From the NCBI RefSeq assembly GCF_001949145.1, contig NW_019091402.1, positions 1,736,001 to 1,798,000 of the forward strand: a DNA stretch of 62,000 nucleotides, written 5' to 3'. Source of the DNA: Acanthaster planci. Its lineage: Eukaryota. A model generated the notes under the pieces. It made no database searches and had not been told where the DNA came from. It saw only the letters and a program-made list of their open reading frames with translations. This document shows, piece by piece, positions 34,801-47,545 of the stretch (position 1 is the stretch's first letter; each line of letters starts with the position of its first letter). The position numbers were made by a program, and so were the translations under genes.

Positions 34801-35372
34801 AGAATAGATTAATACAAACACATGCGCGCAGGAATGATGGGCTTGCAACGATGTCTCTCTCTCTTAAGTGCCACAATTTTTTCTCGTCAATAAACAAATT
34901 AATTTCTCCTGTTATGATGAATAAGACATGCAATCCACGTAGACATGTGTACTAATGACGTCACTCTTTGCAACATGTGCACTTTCTTATAAAGCCAGCG
35001 GGGCCAGCAATCCATGCGCTCCAAGCACACACGTCAACAAAGTGTGGCTTCATCAGTACAGAGGTTTTGGTTTTGAACAACACAGCCAACCACCAACAAA
35101 ATAAATCGATTTGCGATACCAGTTCAGCTAAACGAAATGGTTTAACCGGGTATTTCATACCAATTTTTTTTCTGAGTTTACGACGCCAATTTCTATCTAC
35201 ATTTTTGGTCGAATGACGTCACAAACCGTTTCGCGACTGTCTGCGTCTTGACATCTTGCGTGCTGATGGAAATGGTTTCGATCATTCTGAGAAATTAGGC
35301 TTAAAGAATAACCAAAATCGCAACAACCACATCACCACATAGCGATCTGGGCCTAAAACAAATCGTTATTTC

Positions 35373-38300
35373 TTAATGTGGCACAGAGGTCAGACGAACT
35401 TTAAAGGGCTTAGGAGTATAGGTGGCCCCAAAGTGACCGTGGCCGTTGTCCTGGATGACCTGTCCGGGAGCCAACTCAAACTTGAACCGCTGCATGAGGG
35501 TGGTGAAAAAGACAAAGAGTTCAGTGCGGGCCAGGGACTCGCCGATGCAGACTCGAGGACCTGTAGTTAGGAGAACGCAAAATGGTAACTCAGATTGGAA
35601 AGTTTTAGTTACATCGCACAAAATCTCCAAGTTCTGAACATGTAACTTGTTAAAAACATGTATTCCAAAATGTATGAATTCAATTTTGAAGGAGGAAAGT
35701 TTGATAACTGATGTGGAGTTGATGTACAACATGTGAAGCACGACACAGTGCTTGGGTTTAAGTGGCAATTGCAAAACTGCCAAGTGACACGAACAGTAAA
35801 GAAACTTATAAAATAGCAATAAATAATACACATGTTTTAGTCACTTTCTCATCTCTCGCATCTTTCTCGCTACAACGCTCCTTACATGGAGCTGGACTTT
35901 TGCCCCATTGTCGAAACGCTACCCCTCAAAGACTCTTGGTGGCAGCACACATCTTACTTAGTGGCGACAGAGCGTACGTTTAAGCCGTGTCCGATGCACT
36001 TAGCTACGGCTGTCAATTATTCACAAGTGTATGGCAGATTTCTGCAGCCGCTAGTTTCCAGCTTCCATATGCTAACGTAATAATTCGAGCCGTAGCCAGG
36101 TAACTGTGCAGTGCTCTGGAAATGATTTAAATACGGCCGGCAGGTCTACTTTTTTCGCCAACCGAAAACGAGAATTCTCTGGCAGTGAACCCTGCAGTCA
36201 ACTTACCGACACCGAAAGGCATGAACCCTTTCGGCTCAGTGAAGTGGCCTTCCTCGTTCAGGAAATTGTCCGGATCGTACTCGTAGGGGCTCTTGAACTC
36301 GCGCGGGTCCCGGTGCATGCTCCACTGCGGACTGGTCACGAACGTGTTCTCCGGTATCGTGTAGCCGGCGATGTGCATGGGCGCTGTGGTGCGGTGCAGA
36401 GAGCCGGTTGGCCCCGGGTGCCGCAGGCGGAACGACTCCATCAGGGCCGCCTGGGTGAAGGTCAGACTGCCCCGGTCGGACATCCTCGGCGGCCGGTGAG
36501 TTCCAATCACATCATGGATTTCTTTCCGCACCTGAAACATTAATATGCAACTATTTCTGTTCACACAAAACCAAAAGAATTTAACTCATACAAGCATTTA
36601 GGCTAAACAGAATTATGGTAAGGTCAAACTCGAATGGAACCCAGGAGGAGGCCAAATTTACCCCGAGGCAAAAAGGAAATGGAAGAACCAAAAATTAAAG
36701 CTCAGAAATACAGTAATCTTAGAGGTATTTTTGCTGATATTTTAACGTAGTTGTGGTCGAGTCCATCATTCACATTAATTACAAGTAACAGTTAATTGAA
36801 ATATATCTTGTGTCCTGAGTTGAAACTCAGGAGACGGCTGGTAGAGGATTCATTTAGACCTTTGACAGACTCGACCACATCGCTATAACTTGCGCATGGA
36901 GGAACTGAACTGTTTCGTATAGGCTACATGAAGGTCTAATATCTAACATTGCGAATAATAGACCTGAAACACAATGACGTCACACTTTGTGTTTACTTTT
37001 ATGTGCGTTCTCCTATGACTCAATGGATCTCACTGCCATAGGAAAGACTATACAAGGCGTGACGTCATGATGTAAAAGGTCTTTAAACACAGGAATCATG
37101 AATTAAATGTATCATTTCCTCATCGACAATACCAGTTCGGAGGTTTTAAACATATTGCTTTCTAGAATGTTTGACAAGTATATTGGTTTTTTTTTTCTAA
37201 ATACAGAATTTAATATCAACAAGGAAAATCCGGGGATTGGCAGTACTGTCCCAGATCCGCCAGCACCTTGTACATAAATGGAAATAACGTCACATTTTGC
37301 ATTCTTTTTCAATCTAGAGAATAGTTATTACTACATACAACAGCCAAGGCTTGGAGTTTCTGTGACTGATATATCTTTATGCAAATTATAGAAATAAGCT
37401 TTCAGAATTTCCCGCGCCTATCCCCTATTTAGGCAGTTCACCATTCCACATAGCCACCTTGGGAGGATTGAAATATAATTGCGTTGTTGAACGGTAGGTT
37501 CAAACTTTGAAACACAAACCTTGTTCTGTACGTCTTGTCTCATGGTCATCTCAAACACAGCCCACATGAGCGAGTTGATGGTGGTGTCCGCGCCAGCACC
37601 AAACAGCTCTCCAATGTTCATCCATAGGTAGGTTTCGTTGACGGGGATCTTGGCATCCTTACCTTTCTTGACCTCAGCGATCATCATGTCCAGGATGTCC
37701 CGCATGTCGTTGGCGTCGTAGGTCTCCTTGTGCTGGTCGATGACCTTCTGGGCCATCCGCCGGAAGGTCATAATCCCCCGCCGGACGGCGCTGTAGGGCG
37801 GCGTCAGGATCAGCAGTGGCCAGACCTGCATCAGGTTAGTCAGCGAGGTGTCGGCGGAGACCTCGCGGATGCTTTCCACGATCTTGAGGAACTCGGGCGA
37901 GGAGTACTCCATCCGGTTGCCAAAGGTGAAGGAGCAGATTATGTTGGCCACGGCCATGTTGAGGAGGCGGCGGGGGTCCACTGTGCCGTCGCCCGTCGCT
38001 ATTTCCTTCTCCAGGGCGCCGCAGAGCTGCTGCGCCTCTTCCTCAATGACGTTCTCGATCTCCTTGGTGCCCACGCCAAAGTGGCGCAGCGCCTTGAGGG
38101 TGAAGCTGCGCAGGTCCTTCCAGTCTTGGCCCTCGGAACGGATCAGCTGGGCTATGAGTCACAAAAAAGTCATAGTAAGCAAACCAGCCACTGTTTTGAA
38201 ATACGGCTTATGCTGATGTTGGAATGTCATATGCCATCACTGGCATTCAAACGTTAGCGTATAAGCTCAGTTTACATAATTTGGGGGCGGTAAATACCAC

Positions 38301-39545
38301 ACTATAACAGCCGATACTAGGCCTTGTGTTGGTGTATTACAGAAGGTATACCTGAATTTATCGCTGCTCTGTATATGCTGAGATAAGACATTGACTGAAA
38401 TGAACCTGCACAACTTGCAAGAATACAGATCGTCCACAGTTGAACTTAGTCAAGTATCAGTTGGCAAATGAAACCACAAAATTCAAACAAAAAAGTTTAC
38501 ACCCGTGCATCAACGACTATTTTTCACAGTGAGCCTATGCTTTAAGAAGTCCTCTAAATGACCACAGGTTATCTCGTAAAAATAGAATAAGGCTAAAAAT
38601 AAATGTGTCACCCTTGGCTACCAGAGATCATTGCAAATGGACGTGCTGCTCTGATACGCCCGTCCATTTCAGCACTAGGCTTACAGCATGAAATTGCTTC
38701 AAGTTTATTTCCTTTGGGTCCATCCATCAAGAGTGGCATTCATTGCAAATGATGGGACCTACATAATGCTGGATGCGATCCAGAGTGCCGTAAGGCAACG
38801 GCAAAAGCCCGTGTATTTCCATGTTCGCGTTGGTGTTGATCGCTGTGGAGCTTCTGAAAATTCCATGACACAGCAGTGTGATTTATAGAAAGCTGCACTA
38901 TGTCACCCTTCTGAAAACTGATTGCGAGGGATAGGAGCAAAAAAATATACCACTTGTAATCATTTTTAATCAAGTGGTTGTGAAGTTTGGTTGTAATTTT
39001 TAACTGATACGCCGGATAAACTATATCACTTCCTGAATGTCGGGCATGTACTTCAAAATTAAAGATTTGATAAGTAGGCGTATTTTTGTTCCGGGTTCTC
39101 CTTTTGTTTAACAAAAGAAAAATATGTTTTCCTTCATTAGAAGATATCCTGATCACTGACCTGGCATTTTCCTGAGCGAGAAGCCGATGTCCGTCGGGTG
39201 GGGCCGGCCGCTGCACACCTCGGCGTTCTTCACAAAGGCCTCCTTGGCCAGCTCCACGTCGTTCAGCACCACCACCAGCTGTGGCCCAAAGCGGATGCTG
39301 AAGATGCGGCCGTACTGCTGGCTGATCCGCAGCAGCGCCTGGGCCGGGTTCTTGTAACCCAGCCGGAAGTTGGCCCCGATGAGGGGCAGGCCCCAGGGCC
39401 CCGGTGGCAGGTTCTTAGCCGTCAGCCGGTTGTAGGTGTACCTGACCAGCATCAACAGGACCGAGTACAGCACTACATTTCGCAGCGTGAAAAATTGCCA
39501 CACCAGGTGAATATAGTATCCTACAGCAGCTAATGCGTCAGCCAT
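35373..39545 (-). CDS. Cytochrome P450, clan 2 (CYP2-family-like), 4 exons, 509 aa (CYP-A)
   Basis: Exons 39161-39545, 37520-38151, 36207-36531, 35373-35560; all GT-AG, phases 1/0/1, 1530 nt. N-terminal TM anchor plus LPPGPWGLPLIG, helix C WKDLR, helix I AGADTT, helix K ESFR, meander PDNF, heme motif FGVGPRVCIG. Confidence 0.95.
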
Positions 39546-42500
39546 TTTCCCCTTTGTAGCGTTGGTACATATAGAAACGGCGATAAAATTAATTGAAACA
39601 CGGATCTCGGGAGACTGAACACTTCCTGAGTCACTTTACACGGTTAAGTCATACTGCCTCTATTGAACTTCAAGAATAGAGACAAAGGCCGTTTAAAAAT
39701 AAACATTGTCGTACCCAAAAATAGCGCAGCCACGTCGCGCCTGCACAGCTTCAAGATCTTGTTATCAGAGGTCAAAGTAGGAAAATGCAGGTCGGTCAAA
39801 ACTCGGAGTCCACGCGTTAACGAACTTTGCGACGGATGTAAACTCTTTGTGTGGAATTCCACGCACACGTCAGTTTGACATATTACGCCATATGGACATT
39901 CTCTTATTCTCCTATCATGGTAAAAAATACCCGCAGAAAATGCTTCTTTTCCTCCCACTACGACAACTCTTTGGAGTACAATTTTTCATGATCATGATTT
40001 ACTGAACTGTCACTCTTATTTTGCCACGGATAACCCTGATCCCATAATACCCCTGGAGCTGGTGCTCAGAAAGGAGAAAACGCTGCGTGGACACGTGTGA
40101 GACCACACGTCTTCTAACCCCACATTATGTGAACCTCTTTTGCGTGGACATCCACACTAGGCATGCCACGCTTGCACGCAACAGCCGCATGACAGGCACA
40201 CTTTAGATGACACTGATGGCGTCGAGATAGGCGTTAATTACATTCGTGGAACCTCTCACTTTGATTCATATTTTTGTTTCGCTCACCTTTTTTTCAACCA
40301 CAATAGCATTGTTTCTGTGTTTTGTTTTCACTTCTTCATCGTTCCAATGCTGATTTCCATTTTTAATGAGCTAAACAATTCTTCACACTAACACAATGGG
40401 CTCTGGGCGGGACCGAGAGAGGGCTCGATTTTCCTTGAGCAACGGAGACTCCTTTGCTTGATTTATTATTATTCCGTTACTCGCAAGACCATCACGTCGT
40501 CAAGAAAGAAAAATATATAATTGGAAAGATCTTGTCGTTCGTGCCGAGCGTTGCTGAGTTTATGTACCATTTCTGCAAGTTTGTCATGTCTCCATCTGAC
40601 AGACGTTTCTCACAGAAGTGTATCGTGACACACGTGCGACATTTCTTAGAGAAGAACGGTTAGAAACGTCTTACTGAAACTCCAACTTGAGAGCTTATAC
40701 TCTATGCGATGCAAGGAGATTGGAAAAGTTACTCATAGAGCACCTAGACGTCACTGGGGCATATCTGCGTGTATTGCAGAGCAGTACATCAGCACTGTAT
40801 TTCGCAACAAGCTGTAGCGACGTGCGCTTTCAAATTAACAATCTCCTATGACATTTCGAGTATTGAAAAAGGCGAGCCGGTAATTAAAGTTTTCATAGGG
40901 ACAACGGTATAAGACAAGTCATTCGTGAAAAGTTACAAATGAATTTCCTGAACAAGCAAGGCGTGAAGNNNNNNNNNNNNNNNNNNNNNNNNNNNNNNNN
41001 NNNNNNNNNNNNNNNNNNNNNNNNNNNNNNNNNNNNNNNNNNNNNNNNNNNNNNNNNNNNNNNNNNNNNNNNNNNNNNNNNNNNNNNNNNNNNNNNNNNN
41101 NNNNNNNNNNNNNNNNNNNNNNNNNNNNNNNNNNNNNNNNNNNNNNNNNNNNNNNNNNNNNNNNNNNNNNNNNNNNNNNNNNNNNNNNNNNNNNNNNNNN
41201 NNNNNNNNNNNNNNNNNNNNNNNNNNNNNNNNNNNNNNNNNNNNNNNNNNNNNNNNNNNNNNNNNNNNNNNNNNNNNNNNNNNNNNNNNNNNNNNNNNNN
41301 NNNNNNNNNNNNNNNNNNNNNNNNNNNNNNNNNNNNNNNNNNNNNNNNNNNNNNNNNGCCTTGAGCAGGAGCACCCCCTCATCGGTTGAAAAGAGCCGCA
41401 TTGGTCAAGACTGTTCATTTTGCTGGTAGCGATTCGTCCGTATGAGGCGTGCTATAGTCGTTTGTGAAATAACGAAGTGGAGTTCCATACCATAGGAGCC
41501 TCTGCTGCTAGGAAAATTTCGTGCGCCCTCTCTCGGTCCATCTCGGGGCTCATACAAACCTGCTTATTCAAATGTCTAACAATTTGTGTTCTGTGGAGTG
41601 GGTAACAGAGACTAATAGGAGTATCCAGGTTTTGAGTGGGGGGGGTCACATGGCAAAATTGATATCTTTTGTTCTGAAAACGACTGTCCCTTTTAAAGAT
41701 TGTATAAGACAATCCTATACTTTCACACGACAATATTTACTTACTCGGTTTGTCAGAAGTCCAATTACAAGTTAGGAGAGTCGCTTGACTATAGAGATTA
41801 TAGTCACATGAATGAAATTTCAAGTCAGAATCTAGTTTGACATCAGTATTCTTTGACCAATTTCGAAAAGTCATATGAACTAATGCTCTACACATTTTTG
41901 TCAAAAAGACAAATAAATTTTTGAGTGTTAGAGCCACGTTGGCACTTTCAGCTCCTTAAAAATTCAACATGACTCCCGGGGCAAAGACAACAACGTGCCT
42001 AGCATGACTTCAAAAATAAAGAAATGGCAAAACTCATTGGATGGCTCACAAGACACTGCGGACGGGAGCGCAGCAAGCACGAATAGGCCCACTACCATCT
42101 CTACCTCACGCAAACCGCATAAAATATAGCGACAGCACCTCATCCTAATTATACCCCATTCCCAAAATTTGGACTTGGCACACCATCGTCCGTTTTAAAA
42201 CTCACACAGTGTCTCTCCCAAAACCGATGTTTTTATTGTAAAACACGCCTGGCGCTTTGCATTTAGATGCCCCGGTTGGGTTTCGACAGTCAGCCGCAAC
42301 ACCCCCTGCCAATAAAAACAAGCGGGGAAACACAAAAAACTACAGAAATAAGAAAGTGAAAAGAAAGAACAAGGATAGCTGACGAGTCCCAAGTCAACTT
42401 CACATGGAAAGGTTGATTAAATTGTTACATCAACCGCATGCAATTCACAAAAGTTAATTAAAGCGGGAGGGCATGGTGAAAATGAAAAAGCACGCTACAT

Positions 42501-43231
42501 GTATTAAAATCCTTACAGACATTGCAACTCGTAAAGATAACGCAAAATGATGTTTGCCCCTCCCTGAAAAAGTGAAATGTTCAATATTTTTTTATCGAGG
42601 CACAGACAACTCTTGATACTAAAGCGCACAAAAGGGCCCCCCCTGGAGTTGGTACTCGGTAACAATTCCTTAATCAAACATGGCAAAGAACCACTGAAAA
42701 ACACTTGAAGTGCAGTTCCCCCGTACTTCTTTCCAAAACACTGAAAAGTAAAATGCTCTATTCGCCCAAAAGAGAGAAAAGGATCGAATTTTGACTTCCT
42801 ATCACTGGTGAAAAATCGTCACGCGACAGCAACACATATACACTGAATCAGATACACTGCCAAAAGCTCACGCATGTTATAACAGAATAAATTTCACAGA
42901 AAAAAACGTCAAGGCGCGTGAATGTGTACTGATGGCAGTTTCGACGTCGGCGCATGTGCCCCAACACATTCTGATATTAAAAACGAGCTCTATGTTTCAT
43001 ACCGAATCTTTATTGGCTGCATATTCTCACGTGACAATTACGCGACAGACGACGACGCACCACCACCTCGCTATTATAAATGGCTTGGTTTTGCTGCAGT
43101 AGCCCTGTAAAGGCGAGTAGGGGCCGGAGAACTTCGACAAGGTTTAAACCTGCAACAAAAAATCTGTTGTGTCAAAATCACCTTGTCGGTACATCTTGTG
43201 CCGTGTTTGTTGGGCCTAAGGAACGAGTAAC

Positions 43232-44326
43232 ATGGATTCGTCCTTGTCTTGGTACCAGACCATAGATAACGAGTCGCTGTGGAACGGCACGTGCACGCCT
43301 GAGAACACTGTGCTCATCGATGTTGTCAGCGTCGACATTCTATTGTACTCACGGCTCGAAATCGTGTACATCTCCGTGGTCTTACCAATCGTAGCAGCAT
43401 TGGCCGCCATCACCAATGGCAGCTATCTCTACGTTGTTGCCAAGATCAAGTCCATGCGAACCGTCACTAACATCTATCTGGCCAATCTAGCTGTGGCCGA
43501 TATGATATACTCGATTTCACTGTGCGCTTCGACGTTCTACTTGTATTCCAATTCCGGAGGTGTACGCGGAAATGTGCCAGTGGCGCAGAACTGCGCACTC
43601 CTTCTTCTGTTCCCCGAGATATGCTACGGAGCGTCGTTTTTCTTAGTTCTGGCTGTCACTGTGGACCGATTTTACGCCGTGTGCTACCCGCTGAAGCACC
43701 GTACATTCACTAAAGCCCGCACGGTCAAGACCACAATTGCTGCCTGGAGCCTGGGCTCGCTGCTTTTTTTACAGACAGTGTTGAGTAGTGTCTTTGAACA
43801 CTTGGTATGTGTCGTCTGGCCCGATTTGCGGCAATATTCCGATCTGCCATCTGTCTTCCGACTCTGTACCGGTATTTTTACAGAGAAGGTGGATAAACTT
43901 GTGGAAAGCCTCCTGGGCATCCCTGTTTTTGTGTTCACCATGCTAGCAAACTGCTTCATGTACATCAAAATCATCAAAGCTCTGAACAATCGACCAGCAC
44001 AGCGAGATAACCAACGCGGACCGAGTAACAACGCCGAGCGGACCCGTCGCCGAGTTACTAACATGCTGCTCGCCAATACGCTGGTTTTCTTTATGTTAAC
44101 CTTACCCACTCACATCCGCTTGGCCTTGGAACTGATGACAGAATACATGCAACTTCCACCTGCATTGGACAGACTAACACACAGTGCGTCCTTAACGCTG
44201 ATGGCAAGCGCCCTCTGCTTTATTAACTCGATGATCAACCCCATCATCTACAATGCCACCAACTCCCGTTACAGACAGGCGTATTGTGAGGCGTTCCTTC
44301 CGTGTCGTCGCAGTCGTACGCCCTAG
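43232..44326 (+). CDS. Intronless class A GPCR, peptide-receptor-like orphan, 364 aa
   Basis: N-glycosylation sequons NES and NGT. MRTVTNIYLANLAVAD (ICL1/TM2), VDRFYAVCYPL, TM6 FFMLTLP, TM7 NSMINPIIYN, helix 8 YRQA. Confidence 0.93.
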   Translation: MDSSLSWYQTIDNESLWNGTCTPENTVLIDVVSVDILLYSRLEIVYISVVLPIVAALAAITNGSYLYVVAKIKSMRTVTNIYLANLAVADMIYSISLCASTFYLYSNSGGVRGNVPVAQNCALLLLFPEICYGASFFLVLAVTVDRFYAVCYPLKHRTFTKARTVKTTIAAWSLGSLLFLQTVLSSVFEHLVCVVWPDLRQYSDLPSVFRLCTGIFTEKVDKLVESLLGIPVFVFTMLANCFMYIKIIKALNNRPAQRDNQRGPSNNAERTRRRVTNMLLANTLVFFMLTLPTHIRLALELMTEYMQLPPALDRLTHSASLTLMASALCFINSMINPIIYNATNSRYRQAYCEAFLPCRRSRTP

Positions 44327-45636
44327 CGTCGAGTTCAACAGAAACATTTAACAGGACTGTCCAGTTTCACAGAACCTGTACACAACTACAAGGCAAGCAC
44401 ACGTTAGGTGGTAAGAGCACTCTAACTTTTAGGGGTGCACATCGAAGCCGGTTACCCAAGCAACCGACCTATGATGTTAGGAATCAGTACCTCACAAAAG
44501 AATGCGCAAAGTGTAGAAAGTATTTTGAGGGGAAACAGGGCTTGAGGCTTCATGATATGCTAAACCAGATTTTTGCATTCAAGTCCACCAGAACAGTCCG
44601 GTTAAATAGTGCATTTTCAGGTTTGCTTTTTTCTGGGATTTTTATCTCGTTTACTTTTTCACTAAATTCAAGGTACTTGGTGAGGTACAAGTGTATATGG
44701 GTATCCGTCTTTTAATTCAACAGAAATCCTTGTCCAAGTACTATACCATGTATTCGTAAATGCACATCACTAATGGCTTTGAATGGCACCGGCAGCCAGG
44801 GATTTTCACTTGCAAATTTGAAAGGCTGAACATTAACCAATCGACACGAATGAAAATAGTGCAAGGTATTCATTACAACAGAAAAAAGGCTCCTGGTCTA
44901 CGATGAAACTGCTTTTCGGCCTACATTAACACCATGGTACTAATGAAAAAAAGTAAAGACTTTTGAGTCGTAATTTGACGTACATATCCCTTTCGCACCC
45001 TACGTATTAAAGTTTAAGCCGCGCATCCCAATTATGAAAGAGACATTGCAAGCAAACCGGTTTGATGTTCACCTTTGATTGTAGCTTATTACACTTCTGA
45101 TATTGGTCTATTCTAACGTACTGCATGTTCTCCATCACTTCATGAAAAATTGCTTAGTTAAGTTGCAGCTGATTACAACACTTAAGGCATTCTCAAGTGT
45201 TGCAAGTTAGCGTTCGCCACTGCTTCATGAAATTGAATAGTTTATCAGCGGGTAGCTGATTTTAGCAATCATGGCTATTCGGCAGTGTTGCCTGTACAGT
45301 GTTTTCCATTTCTTGGTGGAAATTTAGTGTCTTTATATCTTTATATTATTCCTCCACAGTGCCATCTCACGCTTAATTTGGGAACAGATCACTCGCTTAT
45401 TTCGTGGACATTCAAATGCACAATGAATTTGTTGTTGAATAAACCACGTAGGAACTTTTCTCGCGCGCACGCTAAAACTGACAAACGGCTTACGCTCTGT
45501 GCACCTGTTCATTATGCTCATGAAACGATGTAACAATTTCTTTCTTTATCTTTTTTTACCGTGAGTAAACGAAACACTTTATGACAAAAATGTTACTGCA
45601 CCGTTGTACGTAACTACTGCAAATATTGCCGACACT

Positions 45637-45830
45637 TTAGGTCGGTTCATACTTGGCGCAGACGCGAACACAAACGCGAATTTGTGACTTCGGATCAAAA
45701 TTTCTTCGCGCTGTGAATTCGCAAAAGTTGAACACATTTCAACTTGAGTGAGATTTCGCAATAAATCTTTCTAAAGGGCAAAAAAATTCACTTTGCTTTC
45801 ACATTCGCCTGCAGTATAAACAGACCTTTA
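45637..45830. mobile_element. Harbinger-like MITE (family of 30716-30902)
   Basis: TIRs TTAGGTCGGTTCATACT / AGTATAAACAGACCTTTA. Confidence 0.65.
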
Positions 45831-47545
45831 GGATTATACATGTACGTATTATACATTCCCACTAATAATATCATATTTTCCTGTGCTTCAACCACGGTCA
45901 CTTTAAAATATCAATCACACTAGATTTGAAAGCACCATAGCATAATGGGTCAAACCTCACAGTAATCCACTCTTTTTCATTACTTAAAAACCTTTCAAAG
46001 CTTCGTCGTGATGCATTAAGACGGCAGAAATCTCAGCACAGTTTCTGACAGAGTATCATTCAATGTAGTTTCTGTTTGAGCTTCTTATCCTAATGTGTAT
46101 ATCCACATACATACAGCCACGGCGCATGCTGTGGTGAAAATTGCCGATAAAAATTCCGTGAAACTGGTAATTAAGACCCCCACCCAAGAAAACTACAAAT
46201 TCCACTGCAACACAAGAAAGCACTCTATATTTTCGGTATAGTTTACCGGTTTAATGGTTTACAGGTATACCATTTCTGGTAAATTATAAAACACTGCTTA
46301 TGATATTACTGTATTACAACGCGGCTATTCATTATTGGAAGTGCATTTCAAAAGAAACATTGTCACAGCCGATCTAAAAACGTCGTGTCTAATTAAATTA
46401 TCATTTTTTTTAATGTTAAATACTCAAGTGTTGAGTTGTGTTTGCGATCAAGTTGTAACTTTCTTTTTATTACCAAACGTTGAAAAGTGACAGTTTCTGA
46501 CTGAGTGATACCACACTGCCGATCTACAGAAAGGGTGTACCTTGGTAAAAACGTCGTGTTGTACATCCAAATTGGATGACATTTATGTATTTTATGTACT
46601 AATTTGTGTTGAATATTATGTAGTCCTATTCTTGTAGGATTTTTCGGCTCAACATGTTCATTACTTCAAGAACGATAATTATCCCAATTGCCAGTACTTA
46701 GAAAGATAGCACAATCTCCTACAACATACTGAATTCACCATGGTCACTATTGCATCTCTTACAATATCTGAAATGCCCAACACATTATTATTAATATCAA
46801 CAAGCTGACTCTTTAATGGACAAGAATTCTCCAAATGGCCCACGGCACGCTGGAAGATGCTGTGGTTAATATTCCAGGTAAACGCTAAAATATGTGCACA
46901 ATTAAACCAGTGTTCTCTCACTGAAGGGTTTACAGTTTGGTATCGACACGATGTAATGTCAAGTCACTGATCGAATCGTCTTATGCATTTTCTTTTCAAC
47001 TGCATATTTAACTCGTGAATATGATCTTAAATTTAACCTCTGTGATCGAATTATTTATTGATTACAAAAACATGACAGGTGAGTCTCTTAATGCTATGAC
47101 ATTACACTTTTAATGTTTGTAACAAGTGGACACTGTTGGGTATTCCGATACGCAGCAACTTTATAATTAGGTTCTCTGTTGTATTGTTCAAGTGTGATTC
47201 CAACGAATTGACTGGGGCATGACTGGGGCACAATTTCCGGGGGGGAGGGAGGGTCACCCTATAAATGATCATTTTGGAACAGTGCTCGAGCTTGAAGGAG
47301 CTGGGCCTCATAAAAATTCAACTCTAGTATTTGTAGATAGGTTTGTCACAATGTCTGGGAAAAAACAACTCTTGCTTTGTCTTTATGAAAACACATATAT
47401 TGATTTTCAAACTTGGTGTGTTATTAAAAAGGACACTGTGCTTACTTATCTATTGGATTACAAATTAATAAATGATGTGGTGTTCACCTGTGATCGCGTG
47501 AAAAAAAATGTGTCAAATTGTTACCTTATTGGTATTGATGCAATG

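Noticed and set aside
36260..36275. PERF motif reading PDNF in CYP-A as a sign of inactivity
   Set aside because: PxNF/PxHF variants are common in functional CYP2-family enzymes, and all other motifs are intact.
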